64,000 nt of DNA from Antedon mediterranea (lineage: Eukaryota; Animalia; Echinodermata): assembly GCF_964355755.1 (NCBI RefSeq), contig NC_092675.1, positions 8,179,812 through 8,243,811 on the forward strand, in the 5' to 3' direction. Within the stretch, counting starts at the first letter, position 1. Every line of letters begins with the position of its first letter. Shown here piece after piece: positions 39,552 to 52,815 of the stretch. A program made the position numbers and the translations under genes. The notes under the pieces are model-generated. The model did not search any database. It was not told the origin of the DNA and saw only the letters and a program-made list of their open reading frames with translations.

Positions 39552-40799
39552 TCAAATTATTTTATCATTCATCCTTAAAACACTATATGTTTATTTGGAA
39601 ATGAAGTAAAAAACATGATGGGCCAATGTCGTGGAGACTTTTTCGCACCTCCAAATATGTTCAGTTACATCCATCAAAACTTAACATCCGCGTTTTCGAA
39701 ACGGCCACCCGCACACACTTTTTATGTATCTTAACTGAAGGGGTATACGAATGTAATTTAAATAAAATGTTCTGCTGAATGAAATACATTAATAGCTAAA
39801 ACGAAAACTAAAGAGCATCTCATCAATTATTTTTTAGAATTAATATGGTGTGAACTTTTAATTCGCTACTGCCCACAGTCCCACGTATCCCTCCAATTTA
39901 CTGCGGACTGTAGCACCCCACACACCATTCCCTATTGTCAAACTATAATATCAGCTCACAGAGTTTTAACACGTCACGGGTCTCGCATTTTTAATGAAAC
40001 ACACATTTCGCACAAACACTGTGTAGGCCTACGCGCATCTTTTGTTGAACTTACGCATTACAGTATCTGTTGCTCCGATATTGTAATAAACGTCAGGTTG
40101 GTAATTCCCCCTCCTCCCCCAACCGGAGCCAATGCGTATATGTAATGTTGCATACAGCGCAAACAGAGAGCAATTTAAGTTTTTAAACACAATGTTTATT
40201 TGGAGAAATGATTTAGTACAAATATCGTACAGTACATATGGATAAAAGTAGTATAATTCGTATTTAATAATTTCAAAATCCAAACAAAATAAATAGTGAA
40301 ATTAGTACATTTTAAAGAGAAGTACCAATTACGAAATCATTTTTTAATATATCCCCGCAACATGTGTAGGCCTAAATATTTTTTCATTCAGCTTTTTTTT
40401 TTATCATTTTCAATTTCGGTTTTTGACATAGGCCTAATAATAAGTGAAAATATGCTCAAAATGGTCTAAATGTACTTCATTTCATTTTCTATATATATGT
40501 TTTTTGTTTATAATATTTACAAATAGTATACATGTATTAAGATACGCGCCTGTTGTTTATTTATTTTGCTGTCAATCACCGATTTAAATGTGTGTTGAAA
40601 TAAATAAATGAAATTGATTATTGAATTGAAAATGCAGAATTATTAATATGGGTGAAAACATGGTAATGCTATACAATAATAGGTGTACTATTATCGGTAT
40701 AAATTATAAATGTATCGATCAAAGTAAATGGCTAAATATTTATGTTAAAAAAGTATGAACCATATATTTCTATGAATGTGTAAATTAATGTATTCCCAA

Positions 40800-42600
40800 T
40801 AAAATAGTATAATAATACAGTATGTTGAATAAACTCGGGCGGAATAATACCGTACATAAAAAACATAATCATTTTCTTATCGAAATGTTTACATTTATAA
40901 TGTAAGTAAATATTTATTCATTTTTTTACATTTTTTAAAACAAAAAAAGTGCACTTTTCTGTTGTTTTTTGTTTAATTAATTTTAATTAAAAATTATTAC
41001 AACAAACCTATCTAACCTTTCTATTATTGTCACTGATAATATGTTTTGAGTCAGATTGTTTTCAATAAAAAAAGTTAAAACAATTCATTTGACTTTCAAT
41101 GTACTATGTTGGTTCAGGAAGTGTGTGTGCACATTTAAGACCTAAATCAGATGTTGAATCTGAAGAAAAGAAGTATAAGCGGATACTCTTTCAAAGAACT
41201 CCAAGAAGATTCACACAAAAATATTTACTTTCCAATAAAATAGTATATTACTGTAGTATACAATACAGTATGTTGAATAAACTCGAGCGGAATAATAACG
41301 TACATAAAAAACATAATCATTTTCTTATCGAAAAGTGCCCTCTCTAGTTTTCTATTGATTTATTAATTATTTATAATTAATTAATGGGTAAGGTTAACAT
41401 GTTTTTAACATTTAATGTAGGAAGTTGGATCTACTCCTAACAAAATTTCATATCTCCAAATTTCAACAACGTTGTCTAATTACTTCAATAAATATCATAT
41501 TTAACATCACAAATTAGGGTTATTGAAGGAATTTTTGCCTAAAAACATATATAAAAAACGTCGATAAAAAATACTTTTCGTATTTAAAAACAGTTGAAAC
41601 TCGTTTTATATGTTCAATATAGGTTGCTCTATTCACAGAAACAAAATTGCTTTCATAACCCTTTTCTGTTGGTTTTTTTTTTTTAAATCGTTATTAGGTT
41701 GAAAAAATGAGTTGGAATTGTATGGTCGTTCATAAGTGTAAATTTTGTAAAAACGTAAATCACAACAATCAGTGAATTATGGTTTGATATTTATTTTTCT
41801 TTAGCAATATGGATAGAGCAACTTATATTGAATATTCACACCAAGTATCAAATGTTTTTAAATACGAAAAGTATTTTTTATCGAAAATTATTAGCAAAAA
41901 TTCAATCCATAATCCTAATTTGTGATGTTAAATGTGATATTTATTGAAGTGCTTTGTCTACCTTGTTGAAATTTGGAGATATGAAACTTTGTTAGGAGTA
42001 GAACCAACTTCTAACATTAAAAGTTAAAAATATTTTAATATTACCCATTAATTAATTATTAATAATTATTAAATCAATAGAAAACTAGAGAGGGCACTTT
42101 TCGACAAGAAAATGAATGTTTTTTTATGTGCGTTAATATTCCGCTCGAGTTTATTCAATGCTCTGTAATGTATACCATTATACAATTTTATTAGGAAGTA
42201 ATTGTTTTTGTGTGAATCTAGGTTAGATAGGAATTGTTGTGATAATTTTAATTAAAATTAATTAAACAAAAACAACAGAAAAAGTGCACCGATTTGTTTT
42301 AAAAAAATGAATAAATGTTTACATACATTATAAATGAAACATAATATAACTATTTTAGTAATGCATACACAAGTACAGAATATTATATCAGAAATCAATG
42401 AATCATGTGTCTAAAAGTGTCTTTAATTTGCTTTGAGACAAATTTGATGCCATTGGCCTATACACAAAATCAAGGCAATTAGACAAAATATTTACTTAAA
42501 CAATATTAATACTATTAATAGGCATAAAATAATAGGGTATATCAACTTTCCTTAAAGAATAACAGTATAGGGCCTTACAAATTTATTTAACAAGACAAAT
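40800..42600. repeat. Repeat family A as a long inverted pair inside the CACTA element
   Basis: ~40900-41600 is inverted at ~41850-42340 and homologous to 12420-13680. Confidence 0.75.
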
Positions 42601-43669
42601 AATATATAACATATGAACTATATTAATACTTTGTTCAACAATTTATACACTGCTTACATAATAATGTATTATTTTAATTTTATGTCTTGCGCATTATTTC
42701 TTTCTTTATCCACATTTTTGTATCTCATCATTTTTTGTTTTACGTTCGGTAATTTAGAACATAACATAACATAAGTTTATAAGCCCAAATAGTTCATTAA
42801 CATTCATGTACAATTTTTATTTTTACATAAATTAAATTTGAAGCCTCTGTAGAATTTAGTTACTTTGGAGTATATAATATAATACACACATATATCTTAC
42901 TACGAATTAAACTTAACCTATGCCTACTTTTTAGTTTTTATAATATCAGCGAACATTACAGATCATGAACGTTATAACATCGTTTTCTGAGACCGTTTAT
43001 TGTTTGACCATTTGTCAATTCGTTATTAGCTTCTCTTATATTGCGAAAAAATGGAGGTGTATTCCCAATATCTATCTTGACAAATGTTTTTAAATAAATT
43101 TAATGTTAGGCTGTTGAAATGAAAATGCAATTAAACGTATTATCAGTGGAATGAACTTAATCGTTTTTCTTTATTTTGCATTTATGATGTATGGTGGTAT
43201 GGTTGCATTTTTCCGTTTAGAAAAATAGCCAAGTACATATTTCAATATTTATCTTTTAATACCAATAATTGGTTCCTTGTAAATTGTAGATTTTGTATTT
43301 TCATTAATTTTATAAGATCTTTGATTACATTCAGTTTCTTGAATGGGGGCGCCATTTATTTTAAATGGAACCATAATTAGGATGACCATCATTAAATCAA
43401 TCATTCCATTTCAATAGCTGCATTCAAACGATAAGTGTACAGACATTCTCTTAATATATAAAGTTAGATGTCCTAATTAATGTTCAAAAATATTTAGAAA
43501 CAATCTAAAGAAGAATATAGGCCTACTTTTCTTTAATATTCATATCAAAACATAATATTGCATTTTGTTTGAATCAACTTTTCTATGTGGGGTATTGTAT
43601 TATTTAGTAAGTTGTCAATCAGTTACTCTATCAAGTTTGGAATAAACACGATATGTTTGTAATATTTAA

Positions 43670-46200
43670 GCGTTGGTACGACGTTTAAAATCCGACTTAA
43701 CCAGTAATACAATTGTTACTATAAAGTCAATGTGAAACAAGTCAATGTAATGTCGTTGACAATTGCTGACGTTGGCTTAACAAACTTTTATTTGACGTTA
43801 AACTGACGCTAGAATAGTGACCATAAATGATTGTATTTTGCATCAATTTCAAGCGTTGGCACGACGTTTGATATCAGACTTAACGTATACAACTATAAGC
43901 CAACGTCTGCATGACGTGGAACAAGTCAATGTAATGTTGTTGACAATTGCTGACGTTGGCTTAACAACTTTTATTTGACGTTAAACTGACGCTAGAATAG
44001 TGACCATAAATGATTGTATTTTGCGTCAATTTCAAGCGTTGGTATGACGTTTGATATCAGATTTAACGTATACAACTATTAGCCAACGTCTGCATGACGT
44101 GGAACAAGTCAATGTAATATTTTTGACAATTGCTGACGTTGGCTTAACAACTTTCATTTGACGTTAAACTGACGCTAGAATAGTGACCATAAATGCTAGT
44201 ATTTTGCGTCAATTTCAAGCGTTGGCACGACGTTTGATATCAGACTTAACGTATACAACTATTAGCCAACGTCTGCATGACGTGGAACAAGTCAATGTAA
44301 TGTTGTTGACAATTGCTGACGTTGGCTTAACAACTTTTATTTGACGTTAAACTGACGCTAGAATAGTGACCATAAATGATTGTATTTTGCGTCAATTTCA
44401 AGCGTTGGCACGACGTTTGATATCAGACTTAACGTATACAACTATTAGCCAACGTCTGTATGACGTGGAACAAGTCAATGTAATGTTGTTGACAATTGCT
44501 GACGTTGGCTTAACAACTTTTATTTGACGTTAAACTGACGCTAGAATAGTGACCATAAATGATTGTATTTTGCGTCAATTTCAAGCGTTGGTATGACGTT
44601 TGATATCAGACTTAACGTAATACAACTATTAGCCAACGTCTGCATGACGTGGAACAAGTCAATGTAATATTTTTGACAATTGCTGACGTTGGCTTAACAA
44701 CTTTTATTTTACGTTAAACTGACGCTAGAATAGTGACCATAAATGCTAGTATTTTGCGTCAATTTCAAGCGTTGGCACGACGTTTGATATCAGACTTAAC
44801 GTATACAACTATTAGCCAACGTCTGCATGACGTGGAACAAGTCAATGTAATCTTGTTGACAATTGCTGACGTTGGCTTAACAACTTTTATTTGACGTTAA
44901 ACTGACGCTAGAATAGTGACCATAAATGATTGTATTTTGCGTCAATTTCAAGCGTTGGCACGACGTTTGATATCAGACTTAACGTATACAACTATTAGCC
45001 AACGTCTGTATGACGTGGAACAAGTCAATGTAATGTTGTTGACAATTGCTGACGTTGGCTTAACAACTTTTATTTGACGTTAAACTGACGCTAGAATAGT
45101 GACCATAAATGCTAGTATTTTGCGTCAATTTCAAGCGTTGGCACGACGTTTGATATCAGACTTAACGTATACAACTTTTAGCCAACGTCTGCATGACGTG
45201 GAACAAGTCAATGTAATGTTGTTGACAATTGCTGACGTTGGCTTAACAACTTTTATTTGACGTTAAACTGACGCTAGAATAGTGACCATAAATGATTGTA
45301 TTTTGCGTCAATTTCAAGCGTTGGCACGACGTTTGATATCAGACTTAACGTATACAACTATTAGCCAACGTCTGTATGACGTGGAACAAGTCAATGTAAT
45401 GTTGTTGACAATTGCTGACGTTGGCTTAACAACTTTTATTTGACGTTAAACTGACGCTAGAATAGTGACCATAAATGCTAGTATTTTGCGTCAATTTCAA
45501 GCGTTGGCACGACGTTTGATATCAGACTTAACGTATACAACGTTTAGCCAACGTCTGCATGACGTGGAACAAGTCAATGTAATGTTGTTGACAATTGCTG
45601 ACGTTGGCTTAACAACTTTTATTTGACGTTAAACTGACGCTAGAATAGTGACCATAAATGATTGTATTTTGCGTCAATTTCAAGCGTTGGTATGACGTTT
45701 GATATCAGACTTAACGTATACAACTATAAGCCAACGTCTGTATGACGTGGAACAAGTCAATGTAATATTTTTGACAATTGCTGACGTTGGCTTAACAACT
45801 TTTATTTGACGTTAAACTGACGCTAGAATAGTGACCATAAATGATAGTATTTTGCGTCAATTTCAAGCGTTGGCACGACGTTTGATATCAGACTTAACGT
45901 ATACAACTATTAGCCAACGTCTGCATGACGTGGAACAAGTCAATGTAATATTTTTGACAATTGCTGACGTTGGCTTAACAACTTTTATTTGACGTTAAAC
46001 TGACGCTAGAATAGTGACCATAAATGATAGTATTTTGCGTCAATTTCAAGCGTTGGCACGACGTTTGATATCCGACTTAACGTATACAACTATAAGCCAA
46101 CGTCTGTATGACGTGGAACAAGTCAATGTAATGTTGTTGACAATTGCTGACGTTGGCTTAACAACTTTTATTTGACGTTGAATCGACATAAATGAACAAC
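43670..46200. repeat. 183-bp tandem array (~14 copies) forming the right subterminal region of the CACTA element
   Basis: GAATAGTGACCATAAATG at 43811, 43995, 44178, 44361 ... 46009. Confidence 0.95.
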
Positions 46201-46872
46201 CCAAATGCTTAAAGTCTTGTATCCAATTTCAAACGTTGGGTAGACGTTAAAATGCCTACATAAATTTTACAACCATTAGCCGATGTTGGTGCAACGTGAG
46301 GAAAATGACTTTAGTGTGTCGACATTCGCTAACGGTGAACCAACGACTAATGGCGACGTTAAACCAACAATAATTTGCCGACTTGATAAGTTGTCATATA
46401 TTGGCAAATTGTCAACGTTGTGACGACGTTTGATTGTTGACAACTCTTTACAACGTTTTGCCAACGTTGATGCGACGTGTCAAAATTACTTTAATATGTT
46501 GACGTTTGCAGACGTTGTGCCAACCAATGATAACGACGTCAAACTGACGTTGGATTTATGTAATCGCAAGGCACATTTTTTTGTCAATTTTTCAACGTAA
46601 ATACGACGTCGGCAGGACGTTAGGTTAACAACCATTAAATTCACGACTTATAGTACACGTTGTAATAACGTTGTAATAACGTCGGCAATTTGCCCGCGAC
46701 TTTGTCAACGTCTGCCGACGCTTGCCGACGTCGGGCCAATGTCAAATTGCTAGCTGGGTCATCTGTCATCTTTTGTATGATTAGTCCTAGTATAAATCGT
46801 TATTAATGCATATTTTAATATTAAAGTTGATCGTCTTATAGGCCTAATTCGCTTCTATACCCGGACCCGGAT

Positions 46873-47785
46873 GCGATTTTTTTTTCGTACATAAGTTGGG
46901 GACCCCCTCATGAAACGTCACAAAATAAACATGAATAATTCATCAGTTAAATTTGTTGTTCCGTGTGCACCCAAGCGTATAGCAACACGAAGTGATTACA
47001 CAACTGCGATACGATTCTTTCTACAATAATAGGCCTAGGATTCTCTAGGTCAATTCACGTGATTGCCTTCGCGCACTCTTCTTAACACACACGTCCACTA
47101 TGCAAAATGTGTCGAGTCGAGGCTAATCGACAGCTAGGCAAGACATTAAACTAAGTAGTAATTGGACATAGCCCCGAAAGCTTAGACCCACAATAATAAA
47201 GAATGTAATTTGTGTACTGTAATTTTTTAATTCTGCTTTTATTATCAAACAATATGGATGTATGTACTCAAAGGAACTTTAAAAATTCGCGTATATGAAC
47301 ACATGAGATGGGAAGATTAGACCCACGAGAATAAAAAATGTATTTTTGTGTAATGTTTATTGTTTAATTTTGCTGACTTATTACTCGGACTGTGTCATAC
47401 CTAACACACACGTCACACACACCCACCACACAGCTACTACTAGAATATACAGGGGTTTAGAGACTAGTAATTAGGCCTAATAGTATCAATAGAAACTATA
47501 ATTTTAACACGTAATTCTTTAGTAATAAAATAAATTAAAAACACCACAAACTAAAGGCTGATTATTTCGACAATCCACACAAAACGCCGCTATTCTATTA
47601 TGAAATCGCACGCGGCAACCACAGCGGAGATAGGCCTAGAATCGTACCGCACTTGTGTAATCACTTCTTGTTGCTATACGCTTGGGTGCACACGGAACAA
47701 GAAAATTTAACTGATGAATTATTCATGTTTATTTTGTGACGTTTCATGAGGGGGTCCTCAACTTATGTACGAAAAAAAAAATCGC
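46873..47785. mobile_element. MITE family B, copy 2 (longest simple copy)
   Basis: Same TIRs as 21555-22147. Confidence 0.9.
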
Positions 47786-49047
47786 CGGCCGGCCGCCGAT
47801 GGTATATTTATTTCCTTTTTATCGTTTAATAGCATTGGCGTTTTGGGAGTTTTGATTATTGAAAAGCGACGGCGAAACACTGTTGTCGGTCGTCTACTAA
47901 ATAATAGAGAGTTTACGAAACACGACGGAGAGGGACGACGACGGATTACCAGTGCGCGCTGATGCGTGAAAAGCTGGTTGTCGTCCACTTTAAAAAGTTC
48001 GTTTACGATACGCGATGGGACGACGTCGCGTCACGCTCGGCTTGATATGTCTGTAAACAATCATCATGGCGTTCGTACAAGATGCATTAAATATCGCACT
48101 TTACGATGATATAATTGACCCTGAGGAGTATTTACTTTTGTATGATTTTAATAAATGCAATAATATAAATGTACAGTACAAAGATTACAATAATTTTAAT
48201 CTTGCATCGTACAATGACGACGAATGCAACGTGTTTTTCAGGTAAGTCACCACCAACCAATCATTAGTAGGGCCTAAGTAAAGCCTAATCTAGTAAAGCC
48301 TAATCTAGTAAAGCCTAATCTAGTAAAGCCTATATTTTATGAAAGCAAATAGCTGATAGTAGGTCTAAATTCAATTGAATTTACGTCAATAAGTTCATTA
48401 CTAATAAAAGTAGTGTAATTTGATAATTAAAAACAAAAATCAAATTAAATTAATTATTTATTTATAGGCCTAACTAAGCCTAGGGCCTAGGCTAGAAAGT
48501 AGGCATTTATACTAGCGAACTAGACTTACCTTGTCTAGAGATAAATGGAGAAAATCAAAGAATAGTTTATAATGGTTATAAGCGTGTTCACTCATTAACA
48601 TTTCAATCAGTCGTCACACCAAATGGACTTATAGCAAATCTGTTTGGACCCATCGAAGGATGTCCCGTCAGCGATTTTTTTTTTCGTACATAAGTTGGGG
48701 ACCCCCTCATGAAACGTCACAAAATAAACATGAATAATTCATCAGTTAAATTTTCTTGTTCCGTGTGCACCCAAGCGTATAGCAACAAGAAGTGATTACA
48801 CAAGTGCGGTACGATTCTAGGCCTAGCCTATCTCCTCTGTTGAAGAATAGCGGCGTTTTGTGTGGATTGTCGAAATAATCGGCCTTTAGTTTATGGTGTT
48901 TTTAATATAATTTATTACTAAAGAATTACGTGTTAAAATTATAGTTTCTATTAATACTATTAGGCCTAATTATTAGTCTCTAAACCCATGTCTATTCTAG
49001 TAGTAGCTGTGTGGATGTGTGTGACGTGTGTGTGTGTTAGGTATGAC

Positions 49048-49070
49048 CAAAGATAGTTACACTATCTTTG
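49048..49070. other. 23-bp palindrome with 7-bp TSD; putative P-superfamily excision footprint
   Basis: GTATGAC-CAAAGATAGTTACACTATCTTTG-GTATGAC. The empty site (a single GTATGAC) is present in MITE B copy 2 at ~47392-47399 on the minus strand. Confidence 0.75.
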
Positions 49071-49314
49071 GTATGACACAATCCGAGTAATAAGTCAGCA
49101 AAATTAAACAATAAACATTACACAAAAATACATTTTTTATTCTCGTGGGTCAAATCTTCCCATCTCATGTGTTCATATACGCGCATTTTTAAAGTTCCTT
49201 TGAGTACATTGCATATTGTTTGATAATTGATAGCAGAATTAAAAAAATACAGTACACAAATTATACACATTCTTTATTCTTGTGGGTCTAAGCTTTCTTT
49301 GGGCTATGTCCAAG

Positions 49315-51295
49315 GGTTCTAGGACACCTACCCCCTAGACAGTTACCCCCCGGATATTTACCACCCGGACAACTACCCCCTTAGGACAACTACCCCCCGG
49401 ACAACTACCCCCCGGACAACTACCCCCTTAGGACAACTACCCCCTTAGGACAACAACCCCCCGGACAACTACCCCCCGGACAACTACCCCCTTAGGACAA
49501 CTACCCCCTTAGGATAACTACCCCCCGGATAACTACCCCCCGGTCAACTACCCCCCGGTCAACTACCCCCCCCCCCCCCCCCCAATCCAAAAGTAGACAA
49601 ACGGTTTCTGTAAAAATGAAATCATCTGTTTTTAACGGGTGTTTCGAAACTAGAGACCCGAGACCAGAGACCTGACACGAGACCCAATACGAAAAGGGAG
49701 ACCTATATTTGGGTCTCCCTTTTCGTATATTAGGGTCTCCCTTTTCGTATAGTGTGGTCTCTCTTTTCGTATAGTGGGGTCTCCCTTTTCGTATATTTGG
49801 GTCTCCCTTTTCGTATATTTAGGTCTCCCTTTTCGTATATTAGGGTCTCTCTTTTCGTATAGTGGGGTCTCCCTTTTCGTACGTGGGTCTCTCTTTTCGT
49901 ATATTTAGGTCTCCCTTTTCGTATTGGGTCTCGGGTCTGTAGTTTCGAAACACCCGTTTTTAACCGATTATTCTGTTTAACAGCACGCTAGACCCTAGAT
50001 GTGCTAGATTTAAAGTACCGTATTTATTGACAAAACGGCCTGGGCTGTTTATTGTTTAGGTGGTTTTTAGGTGGACATTTATTGGAAGAAAGTTGTTTAT
50101 TCAATGGGAGGGGGTATAATCTAATGGAAATAGACGCCGATTATTAATTCCATATGATGTTTCATGGGAGTGACATGATCACCGTTTATTTGAGGGGAAT
50201 TTATTTAAAGATCGCCGTTTATTCGGTGAGTGAACATTGAGGTCAAATATCAAAAGTGATATTATTCTTCAAGTGTACAAAAATACATAGGCCTATATGA
50301 CAAATTTGAGACAAAAATTAATTCTTTTAAGACCAGTGGTTATCGAAGCATTGTCCTGACGCAAACATTATTATTATTATTAGCGAACCCAGTCTTTACA
50401 GTAAATACAGGGAGTACTATATAATACGTTCGACTATCCTATGATCATGTGTGACAATCTTCAGTTTAAACCAGGCTATATTTATGTTCAATCTTTTACT
50501 TTTGTTTACAATAATGAATAGTAATTCGTCAAAGTAACGAATTAAAATATAGTTATTAATTCCTATTATGCACTGTTGCAGAGTCAGGTTGTTGAATGGT
50601 CTGGGTGGTAGTTGTCCGTCCGGGGGGGTAGTTGTTCTAAAGGGATAGTTTTCTGGGTGGTAGTTGTCCAGGGGTTAGTTGTCCTACGGAGGTAGTTGTC
50701 CTAAAATATTATTTGCCCTCGGAGTATTGTCCAGGTCCAGGAGGTAGTTGTCCTACGGGGAGTATTGTGTCAGAGGTAGTTGTCCGCGGGGTAATTACCC
50801 GGGGGGGGGGGGGTTGTCAGGGGGTAATTGTTCCTAGGGGGTAATTGTCCGGGGGTAATTGTTCCTAGGGGGTAATTGTCCGGGGGTTAGTTGTCCAGGG
50901 GTTAGTTGTCCTACGGAGGTAGTTGTCCTAAAAGATTATTTGCCCTCGGAGTATTGTCCAGGAAGTAGTTGTCCTACGGGGAGTATTGTGTCAGAGGTAG
51001 TTGTCCGGGGGGTAATTGTCCGGGGGGTAATTGTCCGGGGGGTAATTGTCCGGGAGGTAATTGTCCGGGGGGTAATTGTTCCTAGGGGGTAATTGTCCGG
51101 GGGGTAGTTGTCCGGGGGGTAGTTGTCCTAAGGGGGTTGTTGTCCTAAGGGGGTAGTTGTCCGGGGGGTATTTGTCCGGGGGGTAGTTGTCCTAAAGGGG
51201 TAGTTGTCCTAAGGGGGTATAGTGGTCCAGGTGGTGGTTGTCCGGGGGGTAGTTTTCCGGGTGGTAAATGTCCAGGGGGTGAATATCCGGATACG
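49315..51295. mobile_element. Mutator-like foldback element with 15-16-bp subterminal tandem repeats (GGACAACTACCCCCC)
   Basis: 9-bp TSD ATGTCCAAG (49306-49314, 51296-51304). C-rich array on the left, inverted G-rich array on the right. Confidence 0.85.
49637..49955. mobile_element. Small MITE with 22-bp internal repeats and 9-bp TSD
   Basis: TIR GGGTGTTTCGAAACTA; TSD GTTTTTAAC (49628-49636, 49956-49964). Confidence 0.85.
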
Positions 51296-52815
51296 ATGTC
51301 CAAGAACGCTTGGGTGCACACGGAACAACAACTGCGATACGATTCTTTCTACAATAATAGGCCTAGGATTCTAGGTCAATTCACGTGATTGCCTTCGCGC
51401 ACTCTTCTTCACACACACGTCCACTATGCAAAATGTGTCGAGGCTAATCGACAGCTAGGCAAAACATTAAACTAAGTAGTAATTGGACATAGCCCAAAGA
51501 CACAAGTCACACACACCCACACAGCTACTACTACTAGAATATACAGGGGTTTAGAGACTAGTAATTAGGCCTAATAGTATCAATAGAAACTATAATTTTA
51601 ACACGTAATTCTTTAGTAATAAACTATATTAAAAACACCATAAACTAAAGGCTGATTATTTCGACAATCCACACAAAACTCCGCTATTCTATTATGAAAT
51701 CAGCGGAGATAGGCCTAGAATCGTACCGCACTTGTGTAATCACTTCTTGTTGCTATACGCTTGGGTGCACACGGAACAAGAAAATTTAACTGATGAATTA
51801 TTCATGTTTATTTTGTGACGTTTCATGATGGGGTCCCCAACTTATGTACGAAAAAAAAAATCGCGTCCCGTCATGATGCCTTCATGTTGAGGGAATCATA
51901 CCTACTACACAAGTTAGGACGCAATGCCGTACGTCGAAATGGAGATCCCCTTTGTATCTATGCATACCCCTTCGTGTTCATTTACAGGCTCCGTTTAAAG
52001 GAAATTTAACACAGGCTCAAGTTGACTGCAACAGATATATGAGCCAGGTTAAAGTATCTGTTGAATGGCATTGTAGAAAACTGGAAATTTGTAGACTTTA
52101 AGAAAACACAAAAAATAGTGCAATTGGGAAAATTTATGTAGTTTGTTGTCTGTTGTCAAATGCCCACACTTGTCTTTATGGCAATATTACGTCAAGAACC
52201 TTTCAACTCGATCCGCCTGCCCTTGAGGAATATTTCCGATAAGTTACACAAGCAATACAAGTTTTAATTAAACAAAAATGATTTTAAAACGTTTAAAATG
52301 TTTAAATATTATTAATTTTAATACAGTAATAATCCATTCAGATTACTCAGTAAGTTTTGTATACAGTATAATATTGTTCACTTTAAAAGTTGTTATTGCA
52401 TTTTTTTAAATATTTCATATTAATTTACTAATTACTTATTTATACACTTTTATTGACAATGTGTATTACAGTGTAGGCCTATTACAGTATATGCAATTTG
52501 TTTAAAATATATTTATGTTAAGTATAGGAAAATTTCATACTGTAACAATAAAAAAATGCATTTATAGTACTGTAAATTTACTCAAATGTTTAGATTTTAT
52601 ATTGCACATTAATGTTTACTACAGAAAACTTTAAAAGTTGTTGATATTGCACAATTATAATTACTTAATATATATACACTTTTATTATTAAACTTCATGA
52701 CCTATAGGGTCTGATACAGAAAAGGCTAATTGAGTCATGAGAAATATCATAAGACCATACTTCATGGTCTTTGGATGAAATGTAAATAAAAATATTACTA
52801 AGCACTAAATGTACA

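Larger units (their letters stand above)
27335..46758 (-). mobile_element. 19.4-kb CACTA/EnSpm (CMC) DNA transposon with both ends intact
   Basis: Perfect 13-bp TIR CCCAGCTAGCAAT/ATTGCTAGCTGGG, 2-bp TSD TC, ACGT-rich subterminal arrays, transposase plus accessory gene. Confidence 0.93.
48671..51864. mobile_element. MITE family B, copy 3 (rearranged), 9-bp TSD GTCCCGTCA
   Basis: TSD at 48662-48670 and 51865-51873. It interrupts the transposase GPIEG/RHD motif. Confidence 0.85.
48066..52242 (+). pseudogene. PIF/Harbinger (DDE_Tnp_4) transposase pseudogene, in pieces 48066-48241, ~48545-48670 and 51865-52242
   Basis: MAFVQDAL..YNDDECNVFFR|GT; GENQRIVYNGYKRVHSLTFQSVVTPNGLIANLFGPIEG; RHDAFMLRES...MSQVKVSVEW...LLSNAHTCLYGN..FQLDPPALEEYF*. 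Has frameshifts and an internal deletion. Confidence 0.85.

Noticed and set aside
42900-43110. Penelope coding remnant (GQTINGLRKR; LRKNG)
   Set aside because: The motifs are short and on opposite strands; too weak to call.
43670-46200. Possible CRISPR array
   Set aside because: Whole units repeat with no unique spacers, there are no cas genes, and the context is eukaryotic.
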